From Octopus sinensis (lineage: Eukaryota), in NCBI RefSeq assembly GCF_006345805.1, contig NC_043011.1, forward strand, positions 30,268,464-30,332,463: DNA of 64,000 nucleotides. The letters are read 5' to 3'. Each line of letters opens with the position of its first letter. Within the stretch, counting starts at the first letter, position 1. The notes beneath the pieces are model-generated. The model was given only the letters and a program-made list of their open reading frames with translations. It was not told the origin of the DNA and did no database searches. Shown here piece by piece: positions 1-12,589 of the stretch. A program made the translations under genes and the position numbers.

Positions 1-246
1 GGTAGAAGGAGAAGTTAGTCAATTACATTGACCCCACCAGTCTTCAAGACTCTGAAAGGATGAAATAATATAAATTCAACCACTGCATGATTTGAACTCA
101 GAACGTAAAGAGTTAGAAGAAAGCTGCTAAACATTTTGTCTGTTGCATTGGCAATTGTACCAGCTTGCCAGCTTGCATGCTACAGCCCTAAGCCAACTAA
201 TGTCTTGTGAATAGGATCAGTAGACGGAAGCTAGGTGGAAGCCTGT

Positions 247-645
247 TATGTGTGTGTTTGTGTGAATGTGTGTGTGATTGTGTGAGTGTGTGTGTGTGTG
301 TGCGCTTGTGTATGTGTATGCTTGTGTGTGTGTGTGTGCGTGTGTGCTTGTGTATGTGTGTTCTTGTGTGTGTCTGCGTATGCATGAGCATGTGTGTGTG
401 TGTCTGTGTGTGTATTTGTGTGTGTGTGTGCGTGAGTGTGTTTGTGTGTGAGTGTGTATGTTTGTGTGTGTGTGTGTGCATGTGTGTGTGTGTCTGTGTG
501 AGTGTGTGTTTGTATGTGTGCCTCTGTGTGTGTGTGTGTGAGTGCATGTGTGTGAGTGTGTCTGTTTGTGTGTCTGTGTGTGTGTGTTTTTGTGTGAGTG
601 TATCTGTGTGTTGTCAGTGTGCATTTGTCTGTGTGTGTTTGAGTG
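247..645. repeat. Degenerate (TG)n microsatellite
   Basis: Interrupted TG dinucleotide run; source of the Cys/Val and His/Thr pseudo-ORFs in the track. Confidence 0.95.
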
Positions 646-863
646 TTCACTTAACTGGCAAATATGAATCGTGCCTGTAATTCAAAGGGCCTGTCTTGTC
701 ACATTCTGTAATTCTGTGTCACACTGAATCTCCCTAAGATCTACATTAATGGCACGCATGTCTTTGAAGTGCTCACCCACTTGTACATTAATTTCTTGAG
801 CAGGCTGTTCCATTCATGGGATCAACTAGAATCCTCGTCATCACAATCGACAGAGTTTCAGTT

Positions 864-895
<32 letters not shown>

Positions 896-896
896 C

Positions 897-930
<34 letters not shown>

Positions 931-963
931 CTCTGTGTGTGTGTGTGTGTTTGTGTGTGTGTG

Positions 964-1002
<39 letters not shown>

Positions 1003-2488
1003 GATGTTGGCATTGTGTGGCTTCACTTATTACTGTCTAAGCAAAATGGTAATAAGATGTTTGAATTTTTTGTTGACCTTAAAACTGGTCCCCGTGATTT
1101 CAAAAACCAGTAGAATAAATAGTTTTAAATGCTTTACTTGAAAAAGAAAACACAGACAAAGCTTGCTGACAGGATGAGCATCCTGCTATAAAATACTGCC
1201 ACAAAAAAGGTTCCTTCTAACCCATCCCAACATAAAAAAAAACCCAGATGTTAAGCAAACAAAGGTGTAATCTGAACACATTTAGTCTTCCTGTGAAATG
1301 TGGGTTCTTCCAGTAAGTTGAATTCTCATTTGAAGCTGCAGTGAACAACAAACACCGTTTCTTAGTTCTATGGCCCTAGAGGTTGGGGGTCACATTCGCA
1401 GGAAGAATAAATATCGTTATCAGTTCACTTGGCATCCACTTTTCCATGCATTCATGGTTTAGACGGAATTTTTTAAGGCAGATTTCCACATTGCATGCCC
1501 TTCCTGTCACCAACTATTACCTGTTTCCAAGCAAGGTGATATTTTCCCATATCCAGACATATTTTTCTTCTTGGATGGCAGGAAATGAATGACATCACTT
1601 GTATGCTGTTGCTTATTTACAACAATTACACAACCTTAAGACAATTGCATCCACACACACACACACACACACACGCCCACACACACACATGCACATGTAT
1701 GCATATATACATACATTTATAATGGGCTTCTTTTAGTTACTGTCACCCAAATCCACTCACAAAGCTTTCGTCAACTCAGGTGCCATCTCGTTGGATCGAA
1801 CCCCAGACCATATGGTTTAGAAGCAACCCTCTTCCCACGCAGCTACATGTGTACCATTATGTAACAGAATCAACAAAGATAAGTTGAATGCTTTACAATT
1901 TCATACTGATGTAATGATAATATTCTTTAAGAATAAGTTAATTAAAAAATAATTAAAATCTTAATTGCAATTTTTTTAGCATTATCATGCAATATGTAAG
2001 ATATTGATTATTTTATTCAACCAATTTACTCTAATTATAATAATAAATTTTTAAAAAATAAAACAGATCTGGGAGTTGAGAACAGAAATACAGCAGACTA
2101 TAACTAATACCTTAGGGAACAAATGTGGGATTTGCTACTTATTAGAAATAGCCGCCAAATCTTCTTTCTCTCTCTCAAATCGGAGTCTATTGTTTAATGA
2201 GGAAAACAGAAAAAGGAAAGGATACATTGTGTCTTTTATCTTTTAATTGTTTCAGTGATTTGGCCGTGGCCATGCTGGGGCACCACCTTTAAGGATTTTC
2301 AGTTGAACAAATTGACCCTTGGAATAATTTTCTAAAGCCTAGTACTAATTCTATTGATGTCTTTTGCTGAACTGCTAAGTTATGGAGGCATAAGCACACC
2401 AACACCATTTGTCAAGCAGAGGTAGGCAGGGACAAACAGAGACTCAAGAACATACACATAATGATATATACATACATATGTGTGTGTA

Positions 2489-2660
2489 TTATTTAATTGA
2501 CACAATACATGTTTTTATATGCGACTAATAGTTTCATATTTTGAGAAATACCTGAAACATATTCATCAGACACAAACCACATAAATATGCTTGAGGTATT
2601 TCTCAAATTATGAAACTATCAGTAGCACATAATAACGTGTATTGTGTCAATTAAATAATA
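2489..2660. repeat. Small foldback / MITE-like inverted repeat
   Basis: ttatttaattgacacaatac...gagaaatacct and aggtatttctc...gtattgtgtcaattaaataa are reverse complements (~70 bp arms with mismatches). Confidence 0.7.
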
Positions 2661-2730
2661 CTTATCTCTCACTAGATGGAGTACTTTTTTGTCCCTCTTA
2701 CCATCATGGAACTCTACGTGTATATATATA

Positions 2731-2896
2731 GGCACAGGAGTGGCTGTGTGGTAAGTAGCTTGCTTACCAACCACATGGTTCTGTGTTCAGTCGCACTGCG
2801 TAGCACCTTGGGCAAGTGCCTTCTACTATAGCCTCGGTCCAACCAAAGCCTTGTGAGTGGATTTGGTAGATGGAAACTGAAAAAAGCCCGTCGTAA

Positions 2897-2930
<34 letters not shown>

Positions 2931-3130
2931 TTGTCCCTCCAACATCGCTTGACAACCGATGCTGGTGGATTTACGTCCCTGTCACTTAGCATTTCAGCAA
3001 GAGAGACCGATAGAATAAGTACTAGGCTTACAAAGAATAAGTGCTGGGGTTGACTTGCTCGACTAAAGGTGGTGCTCCAGCATGGCCACAGTTAAATGAC
3101 TGAAACAAATAAAAGAATAAAAGAAAAAAG
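2731..3130 (+). mobile_element. tRNA-derived SINE, family A (ggcgcaggagtggctgtgtggt head)
   Basis: A-box-like tggctgtgtggt, B-box-like gttcagtc, internal (TA)/(TG) tract, 3' gaaacaa(g/a)taaaaga tail; more than 15 homologues in the window. Confidence 0.9.
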
Positions 3131-3454
3131 AATATACATATATACACACAAACACACACATATATATACACATATATACGAGGAGCTTCTTCCAATTTCC
3201 ATCTACCAAATCAACACAAGGTTTTGGTTGACCTGCCCAAAGTGCCATGCAGTGGGAGTGAACCCAGAAGCATATGGTAGGGAAGCAAGTTTCTTACCAC
3301 ACAGACATTCCTATGGAGATTGCCAAAATTGGAATGTCATTAATCATAAATCTGCTCAACGAGGGCTTATCTGAAGCTAAACAACAACCATGAATTTCCT
3401 AAACTGTCATCCGTGCTCTTAAAGCAGAAATTCACAGGTCCTAAGCAGTAAATA

Positions 3455-3959
3455 CCGTAAATCCTCGAGTATAGTCCGCCCTTGAGTTTAATACGCAAGG
3501 GAATTTTTAGGGGGCTGCACTTCTGAAAAACCTAAACCTTGTATATAACTTGAGTCGTGAGTAATTAAGCCAGCAGGACCTAGTCGTACAAGCACTTCCG
3601 CGCATGCGTAATACAATAATGGTGATGTTCTTAACTGTTATATGGGAATGTAAATATGTTTGCAAATTGTTTTTGCTACATGTTATTCTGTGTTCTGAAT
3701 ACTTTTATTTTTAAAAAATGTTGCTTACTGCAAGTTATGGATGATTCTTTTAAGACTTCATTGCTTTCAGGCTTAGCTTAAGGTATTTTCGTGCCCGACA
3801 TCACAAGATGCGTCTAAATAAGCATTACTGGGCAGCAAATAGAGACTCGGACATGGCTTAGAAAATAGTTATCATTTTTAACCTTGTATATTGTACACAC
3901 TAGGGGTTTTGACCTTTAAATTTTGGGAAAAAATGCAGATTATACTTGAGAATTTACGG
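3455..3959. mobile_element. pogo/Tigger-type MITE
   Basis: Terminal inverted repeats ccgtaaatcctcgagtata / tatacttgagaatttacgg, each flanked by TA. Confidence 0.75.
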
Positions 3960-4269
3960 TAACTGAAAGCTGTTATGGTATTTGTTTATTTTTGATAGGA
4001 ATCTAAAGCATGATCCATTTCATATCAAAAGACATCAGCACAAAGGCTTTAACACTAAAATATAATGTCTATGGAGGTAAATGTTCAAAAGGAAATAAAT
4101 TTCAAATCTAAATGAATTAAACGTCATGTTTGATGATAGTAATGTAGGCTTCATTATCACTTTTGCTTGGAACAAGAATAATTTTTAAATTGAATTTTAT
4201 ATTATTATAGCTTCACTTAATATTAATTATCTGGGATTCTAAACACATTGATTTCACTTCTGTATTTTG

Positions 4270-4326
4270 TGTGTGTGTGAGAGAGAGTGTGTGTGTGTAT
4301 GTGTGTGCATGTATATATGTATATAG

Positions 4327-4371
<45 letters not shown>

Positions 4372-4412
4372 GCATGTATATGTTGTATATGTATCTCTGT
4401 ATAAATATATAT

Positions 4413-4455
<43 letters not shown>

Positions 4456-4456
4456 G

Positions 4457-4490
<34 letters not shown>

Positions 4491-4564
4491 CTCATATATA
4501 TAATATATATATGTATATATATGTATATATGTATATATATACATACATATATAACACACATATA

Positions 4565-4617
<53 letters not shown>

Positions 4618-4680
4618 ACATATATGTATGTATATATGTATATATATATACATGTATATATAAATATATATATATACATA
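4270..4680. repeat. (TG)/(TA)n compound microsatellite
   Basis: Long TA-dominated run. Confidence 0.95.
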
Positions 4681-4777
4681 AAATTAATAATATCAGGGTA
4701 ATAAAGATTTTAGAAATTTTTACTACCAGTGGCCTAGCGTATAGAAAAATTAGTCAATAGACTATATATTATTCATA

Positions 4778-5000
4778 TAAAATACAGTGTACATTTAAAC
4801 ACGTTAACAAGTATCCATCACAGGACTCCCTTACGCTAAGAGTAACAGCTTAAGTCCAAACCACTAATTAGGGAATTAATTTTTCATTCCCTTTGAGAAT
4901 TTATCCCTAATTAGTGGTTTGGACTTTAGCTGTTTCTTCTAGCGTAAGGGAGTCCTATGATGGATACCTCTTAATGTGTTTAAATGTACACTGTATTTTA
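4778..5000. repeat. Foldback element, ~100 bp arms
   Basis: aaatacagtgtacatttaaacac...ccactaattaggga inverted as tccctaattagtgg...gtttaaatgtacactgtattt around a ~30 bp spacer. Confidence 0.8.
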
Positions 5001-5546
5001 TATATATATATACATATCTATATACATATGTATGTATATCATGAAGGGTATAAGGTCATGGTTTTGGTTCTCAAACTAGGTATTGTATTGCGTTCTTGAG
5101 CAAAGCACTCCATTTCATGTTGCTCTGTAATCATTTCATCATCTGACATGTGGTATGCTGTGCACCTATAGAGGTATTGTCGATTTAATGAAGGGAGTGA
5201 GCTTATATGAACACAAACATTTGATCGCTATCAACAAGCCATCTCTGTGGTTGTTCAACAAGAAATTACAGAAGCCTCATACCCTTATACATCGTTTAAT
5301 AACAGGAGAGTTCTTAAATGGATAGACCCTAAAGAGGCTGCACCAGTTTCCAATCTGATTTGGCATGGATTTTATGATTGGATGCCCTCCCTAACGTCAA
5401 CCACTCCAAGACTGTAATGAGTGCTTTTTACGTGCCACCAGCACAGGTGTCAATTACATGAAACCAGTATATATATATACACACACACATATATGTATGT
5501 ACGTATTTATATATATATATATATATAATATATTATATATATATAT

Positions 5547-5635
<89 letters not shown>

Positions 5636-5640
5636 CGTAG

Positions 5641-5684
<44 letters not shown>

Positions 5685-5689
5685 CTGCT

Positions 5690-6897
5690 AGAGTAAGAAT
5701 AGCTTGGGTAAAGTTCAGAGAGCTCTTACCTCTGCTGGTGACAAAAGGCCTCTCGCACAGAGTGAAAGGCAGACTGTATGATGCGTGTGTACGAACAGCC
5801 ATGCTACATGGCAGTGAAACATGGGCCGTGACTGCTGAGGATATGCGTAAGCTCGCTAGAAATGAAGCCAGTATGCTCCGATGGATGTGTAATGCCGGTA
5901 CTCACACTCGGCAGAGTGTAAGTACCTTGAGAGAAAAGCTGGACCTAAGAAGCATCAGTTGTGGTGTGCAAGAGAGACGATTGCGCTGGTATGGTCATGT
6001 GGCGAGAATGGATGAAGATAGTTGTGTGAAAAAGTGCCACACCCTAGCGGTTGAGGGAACCTGTGGAAGAGGCAGACCCAGGAAAACCTGGGACGAGGTG
6101 GTGAAGCACGACCTTCGAACTTTAGGTCTCACTGAGGAAATGACTAGAGACCGAGTCCTCTGGAAGTGTGCTGTGCGCGAGAAGACCCGGCAGGACAAGT
6201 GAGTCCATAACCCTTGGCCTTCTACTTGGGATGGAGCCAGCCTATGTATGCATACCTTCCCTTCTTGGGACACAAAACTCAACTTGTGAAGACCTGTTGA
6301 GGCAAGTGAGGATCAGAATCGAAATCGATCAATGGAAATTGCAGATGTGTTACCAGTGCCGGTGGCATGTCGATACTCTACTTGTGAAGACCCGTTGAGG
6401 CAGTGAGGATCAGAATCGAAATCGATCAATGAAATTGCAGATGTTTACCAGTGCCGGTGGCATGTCGAAACTCTACTTGTGAAGACCCGTTGAGGCAAGT
6501 GAGGATCAGAATGGAAATCGATCAATGGAAATTGCAGATGTGTTACCAGTGCCGGTGGCATGTAAGAGAACCTTCCGTTTCGCGACCGTTGCCAGCACCG
6601 CCCCGTTTCGTGTCCGTTGCCAGCCTCGCCTGGCCCTTGTGCCGGTGGCACATAAAAAAAAACCATCCGTTCGTGGCCGTTTGCCAGCTCTGTCTGGCAC
6701 CTGTGCGGGTGGCACGTAAAAAACAACCCTACACTCACGAGTGGTTGGCGTTAGGAAGGGCATCCAGCCGTAGAAACACTGCCAGATTTGACTGGGCCTG
6801 ATGAAGCCTTCTGGCTTCACAGACCCCAGTAGAACCGTCCAACCCATGCTAGCATGGAAAACGGACGCTAAACGATGATGATGATGATGATGATGAT
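5690..6897 (+). mobile_element. 5'-truncated RTE-clade LINE (RT C-terminal/thumb region plus 3' UTR ending in (GAT)n)
   Basis: ORF 5738-6202: KGRLYDACVRTAMLHGSETW...RRLRWYGHVARM...GRGRPRKTW, typical RTE C-terminal motifs; (GAT)n tail at ~6874-6897. Confidence 0.9.
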
Positions 6898-8058
6898 ATA
6901 ACTCTGGAAAGTTACTGAAATGGATTAAGTGTTTCCTGACAGACAGATCTCAACATGTTGTAGTTGAAGGGGTAAAATCAAGCCCAGCCAAAGTCAGTAG
7001 TGGCGTTCCGCAAGGCACTGTGCTGGGCCCACTTCTTTCATCATTTACATTAATGACATTATGACATCATCAAGCACAGCACATAAAAATCTTTGCAGAT
7101 ACTCCAAGCTACAGAAGGTCATAAATGAGGCGAGTGACCGGACATGCCTTCAGTCAGATCTACTGGCTGTTATCCAATGGGCAGAAAAAACAATATGCTG
7201 CTGAACGAGGATAAATTTGAGCTAATCCACTTTGGAAAAGAGGATGCCCTGAAACTCCCATACCTTCCTTCAGGTGAAACTCTCGCGGCGTCCAACAACA
7301 TCAGAGACTTGGGAGTAATTGTGGACAACAACGTAAGCTGGGCCACTCATATAAACACCAAAGTTGACATGGCCCGCAGAATGTGTTCCTGGATTCTCAG
7401 AACTTTCCAGTCGAGAGATATCCACACCATTATCCTTCTCTTCTCCACTTTTGCCCGACCCCACCTTGAATACTGTTGTCCACTGTGGTCTCCCCACACA
7501 ATACAAGGTATCATAAAAGTTGAAGCACCTCAAAGGGCAATCACAAAAAAGATAGATGGCATGACAGGCCTCGACTATTGGGGTCGACTAGAAAAGCTAA
7601 AACTCTATTCTCTCCAACGTCGTCGTGAGCGCTACATCATCTGCATGATGTGGAAATATTCCATCAGCATTGCCCAAATGATGTTGGCATCACCTTTAAG
7701 GTACATCCAAGGCTTGGGCCCCGTGCCATCCGCCCAAAACAAAAATCGCACTCTCATCTCATAACAACAATACGGCACAATTATTTCACCTCAATTGGCC
7801 CCGCTCTCTTTAACATTACACCAAAACACATTAAAACAGAAACTGACCCTATAGGGTTCAAGAAGTCTTTGGACAGATTCCTTCAAGAAATCCCGATATA
7901 ACCCCCTACACCCGGATATGTCTCTGTAAACAATAACTCTCTACTTGAGTGGGCCATAGTGCCAAAATTCTGACTTGAAAGACTTCACCAGGTGGTGCTA
8001 TTAAGTTAGACATGGCCTGGGCCAATAATGGCCGAAACCTATCAATATCAAAGTATCG
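6898..8058 (+). mobile_element. 5'-truncated, frameshifted CR1-clade LINE (RT domain to 3' end)
   Basis: Translates to WIKCFLTDRSQHVVV...SGVPQGTVLGPL, then NNMLLNEDKFELIH, RDLGVIVD, RPHLEYCCPLWSPH, LEKLKLYSLQRRRER. Confidence 0.9.
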
Positions 8059-8117
8059 AAGTATTATATATGTATATATATATAATATATATATATTATA
8101 TAGATAGATAGATAGAT

Positions 8118-8176
<59 letters not shown>

Positions 8177-8178
8177 CG

Positions 8179-8224
<46 letters not shown>

Positions 8225-8258
8225 TGTATATAATATATATATATATATAGATAGATAT

Positions 8259-8294
<36 letters not shown>

Positions 8295-8378
8295 CGATAG
8301 ATAATAGATAGATAATAGATAATGATAGATACTTATATACATATATATATACTATATATAATATATATGTATATATAT

Positions 8379-8419
<41 letters not shown>

Positions 8420-8422
8420 TAT

Positions 8423-9276
8423 TACTAAGCAATAAAGGGTTTAGCAACGAATTGCCTTACCACATACCGAATTTAGAAATAGCAGTCAAAGAGTTATAGC
8501 TATTTCTTCTACTAAAGGGAGATCTCAGTAAAACAGCAATTGGAAGGCAGACACAAACAGTAAGAGAGAATGAATTGACGGCAATCTATCATACAATTTA
8601 AGTTATCTACGGACGCACGTTTCGAAATCAGTTTTAGGAAAGCATAAGAATTAATATTAAATAATCTACCTTACCAAAACTTCTTTTCTCTTCAGCTAGA
8701 ATACTATATCATAAATGATTATATATTGAATTTTGAGATACTAGAAGGCACCAACTCAACTCAGTATCAGAGCGAGCTAGAATCCGCCTATATCACTAAT
8801 TCAAAGTGTGAATGAAAAGATTGTGCACCAGCACCCCCCCACCCGCGTGTAGCCAAAACAAGATGCTGTGGTCATCTACTGAGATAAAATATGGTTATCC
8901 GTATAATGAAGGGTGAAATTAATCATTTGGAATATTATCAATTACACCAAGTAGTCTCGGCATGTAAAAGCCTCATTCGAGGAAATTTAAGTAATACTAA
9001 GCAATAAAGGGTTTAGCAACGAATTGCCTTACCTGTTTGTGTCTGCCTTCCAATTGCTGTTTTTACTGAGATCTCCCTTTTTAGTAGAAGAAATAGCTAT
9101 AACTCTTTGACTGCTATTTCTAAATTCGGTATGTAGTAAGGCAATTCGTTGCTAAACCCTTTATGCTTAGTATAACTTAAATTTTCCTCGAATGAGGCTT
9201 TTACATGCCGAAGACTACTTGGTGTAATTGATAATTATTCCAAATTGATTAATTTCACCTTCATTATTACGGATAA
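8423..9276. mobile_element. TA-flanked element with head-to-tail junction and inverted partial copy (PLE/retrozyme-like)
   Basis: 38-bp start (8423-8460) recurs at 8995-9032; 9033-9276 is the reverse complement of [8895-8994]+[start]+[8461-8560]; (TA)n on both sides. PLE assignment is inference. Confidence 0.6.
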
Positions 9277-9286
9277 TAATATATAT

Positions 9287-9340
<54 letters not shown>

Positions 9341-9353
9341 AATATATATATAT

Positions 9354-9394
<41 letters not shown>

Positions 9395-9714
9395 TACATA
9401 CACACTTATGTAGACACACACACAAGCTTCTTTCAGTTTCTGTCAATGAAATCACTCACAAAGCTTTCGTTAGTTTGAGGTTGTAGTAGAAAACACTTGT
9501 CTGAAGTGCAACACAGTAGGATTGAACCTGAAACATTGTGGTTGAAAAACAAACATCTCATCCACACAGGCATGTATACAGTTAATTATATCAATCCTAA
9601 TATTTGATTTGTACTAATCAACTAAAAAAAAAACGGAAAAAAAATAAAAACATCCACCATGACATGATTTGAATTAGGAATGCAAAGGGTCATATCTACA
9701 TATTCTCTTCTACT

Positions 9715-10277
9715 CTAGCCACAAGGCACAAAATTTTTGGGGTAGGGGGCCAGCCGATTAGATCGACACCAGTACGCAACTGGTACTTAATTTATGAACT
9801 CCGAAAGGATGAAAGGCAAAGTCGACCCCGGGAGAATTTGAACTAAGAACGTAAAGTCAGACGAATTACCTATTTCTTTACTACTCACAAGGGGCTAAAC
9901 ACATAGGGGACAAAAAAGGACAGACGAACGGATTAAGTCGATTACATCGACCCCAATGCATAACTGGTACTTATTTAATCGTCCCCGAAAGGCAATGTCG
10001 ACGTAGGCGGAATTTGAACTCAGAACGTAGTGGCAGACGAAATACCTATTTCTTTATTACCCACAAGGGGCTAAACACAGAGAGGACAAACAAAGACAGA
10101 CTAGGTATTAAATCGATTACATCGATCCTCAGTGCGTAACTGGTACTTAATTTATCGATCCCGAAAGGATGAATGGCAAAGTCGACCTCGGCGGAATTTG
10201 AACTCACAACGTAACGGCAGACGAAATACCAGTAAGCATTTCGCCCGGCGTGCTAACGATTCTGCCAGCTCGCCGCC
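9715..10277 (-). mobile_element. tRNA-derived SINE, family B (ggcgagctggcagaatcgttagc head), compound/tandem copy
   Basis: Reverse complement of ggcgagctggcagaatcgttagcacgccgggcgaaatgc...gagttcaaattccgccgaggtcgactttgcc; internal modules repeated. Confidence 0.88.
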
Positions 10278-10584
10278 CTGGTCATATCTAAATATTGCAA
10301 AGAATTTTATCTATTCACTAATTCTTTTCTAACATTTGTTTCTAATATAGACACAAGTTCACGAATTTTGGAGAAAGAAAGAGCTAATTAAACCATTTAA
10401 TTGACCCCTTTATTAATCGACTGCTAATATATTGTGTTGATTACAGATGGATGAAAGACAGAATTGACCTCAATCAAATTTGAACTCTCAGTGCCATGTG
10501 GTATATTTAAATACTGCAAGGCATTTTGTCACACTCTCAATCAATTTTCCAAACTGCCATCCTTCAGTTATAATCTTCTCGATT

Positions 10585-11190
10585 ATAGGCACAAGACCTG
10601 ATTTTTAAGGGGAAGGGGTTAGTTGATTATATTGACCCGAGTGCTCAAATGATGCTTATTTTATAGAATCCCTGAAAGGATGATAAGCAAAGTCGACGTA
10701 GGCGGAATTTGAACTCAGAACATAAGTTCGGATGAAATGCCGCTAAACTTTTTCACTGGCATGCTAACGATTCTTATTTCTTTATTGCCCACAAGGGGTT
10801 AAACATAGAGGGAACAAACAAGGACAGACAAAGGAATTAAGTCGATTACATCGACCCCAGTGCGTAACTGGTACTTAATTTATCGACCCCGAAAGGATGG
10901 AAAGGCAAAGTCGACCTCGGCAGAATTTGAACTCAGAACGTAACAGCTGACGAAATACCGCTAAGCATTTCGTCCGGCGTGCTAACGATTCTGCCAGCTC
11001 ACTGCCTTAGCTTTCTGTAATAATCCTTTCTACTGAAGGCACAAGGCCTCAGATTTGTAGGATTATATCGACCTCAAAAGGATGAAAGGCAAAGTCGACC
11101 TCGGCAAAATTTGAACTCAGAATGTAGCGACGGGCAAAATACTGCTAAGCATTTCGTCCAGCGCGTTAATGATTCTGCCAGCTCACCACC
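10585..11190 (-). mobile_element. SINE family B cluster
   Basis: Repeated gaaaggatgaaaggcaaagtcgacctcggcggaatttgaactcagaacg modules. Confidence 0.85.
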
Positions 11191-12019
11191 TTTTCCCTTC
11201 TGTAATATTAAGGGTTAATATGTTTGTTCGTTTCTTTTTTTTTTCTTCTCTCTCCATCTCATTCTCTCATTGTATTTCAAATTTGAAAGTGAATAACATT
11301 TTTTTCAGAAGCCTTTATAATGCATAGTATTGGAAGAGTAAGTCTGTTTGTGTGTCACAGTTCAGAACGAGAGATAGCACACATAGATGAGAGAGGCCAT
11401 ACAAACCAGCTAAAATTGTGAAAATTCTATTTGGTTATGTTTGCCGCAGTTGTGTACAAAGACTTGATTATAGTTATCATCAACAGTAGGATGATAAAAA
11501 CGAAATATTAGTATGACAAAACTAAGGAGGAGAATATATGACAGAATGTTAAATAAACGCTTAAAACTCTACTTGTAAATAGAGAAAAATAAAATGTGGA
11601 AATGTTCATATAGGTGACATGTGAAAATGCCTCACACTGTTTTATCATCAACAACAATAGTAGCATCTACAGCTGCGGTACCATCACCACCACAATTACA
11701 AACATCAAAATTGATCTTGAAGTTATCATAATATTCATTATGACTAAAACTATTACTAGTCATAAAGACAGCTTCGTTGACTCCTCCACTACGCGTTCTT
11801 TCTACTAAAAATCCTCAATTCAAGATGTCATTTTAGTATCTTTAATCAGTTGTCAATTTTTGAGTTGTCATTTTCAGTATGGTATAAGAAGCAATCCTAC
11901 ATCTTCTCACTAAGCTATAAAAGCATAGCAATAAAGACAAGATAATCTGAAAACAACAATAATAATAATAATAATAATAATAATGGTCTCAAATTTTGCT
12001 ACATGGGCAGCCATTTTGG

Positions 12020-12215
12020 GAGAGGGGATAAGCCGATTAATTACCGATGTTTACATTGGTAATTAATTTATCGCGCCCCCACACACACAAAGGATGAAAG
12101 GTAAAATCGACCTTAGCGGAATTTGAACTCAGAACGTAAAGACAGACGAAATGCCACTAAGAATTTTGCCCAGCGTGCTAATGATTCTGCCAGCTCGCTG
12201 CCTTAACAATAATAA

Positions 12216-12276
<61 letters not shown>

Positions 12277-12488
12277 TAATAATTCCGTTCTGCTGTAGGC
12301 GCAAGGCCTGAGATTTTGAGGGAAGGAATAGTCGATTACATCGACCCCAGTAATCAACTGGTACTTATTTACCCCTGAAAGGTTGAAAGGCAAAGTCAAC
12401 CTCACAGGAATTTTAACTCAGAGCATGAAGATGGCCAAAATACCACTAAGTATTTTGTCCAGCGTGCTAATGACTCTGCCAGCTCGCC
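12020..12488 (-). mobile_element. Two SINE family B copies separated by (TAA)n
   Basis: Family B motifs at 12020-12205 and 12290-12488. Confidence 0.8.
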
Positions 12489-12538
12489 ACAACAACAACC
12501 ATAATAATAATAATAATGATGATGAAGATAATGATGAC

Positions 12539-12577
<39 letters not shown>

Positions 12578-12589
12578 ATCTTTTTTTGG

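Noticed and set aside
6795-6830. ctgatgaagcc-ttct-ggcttca as a hammerhead
   Set aside because: The hairpin consumes the core and no GAAA/NUH arm follows; it is part of the RTE 3' UTR.
8945-8990. Hammerhead-like cgaatgaggc...gccgagactact (minus; mirrored at 9185-9225)
   Set aside because: The core is CGAAUGA, GAAA is altered, stem III is not complementary and there is no stem I; at best a decayed remnant.
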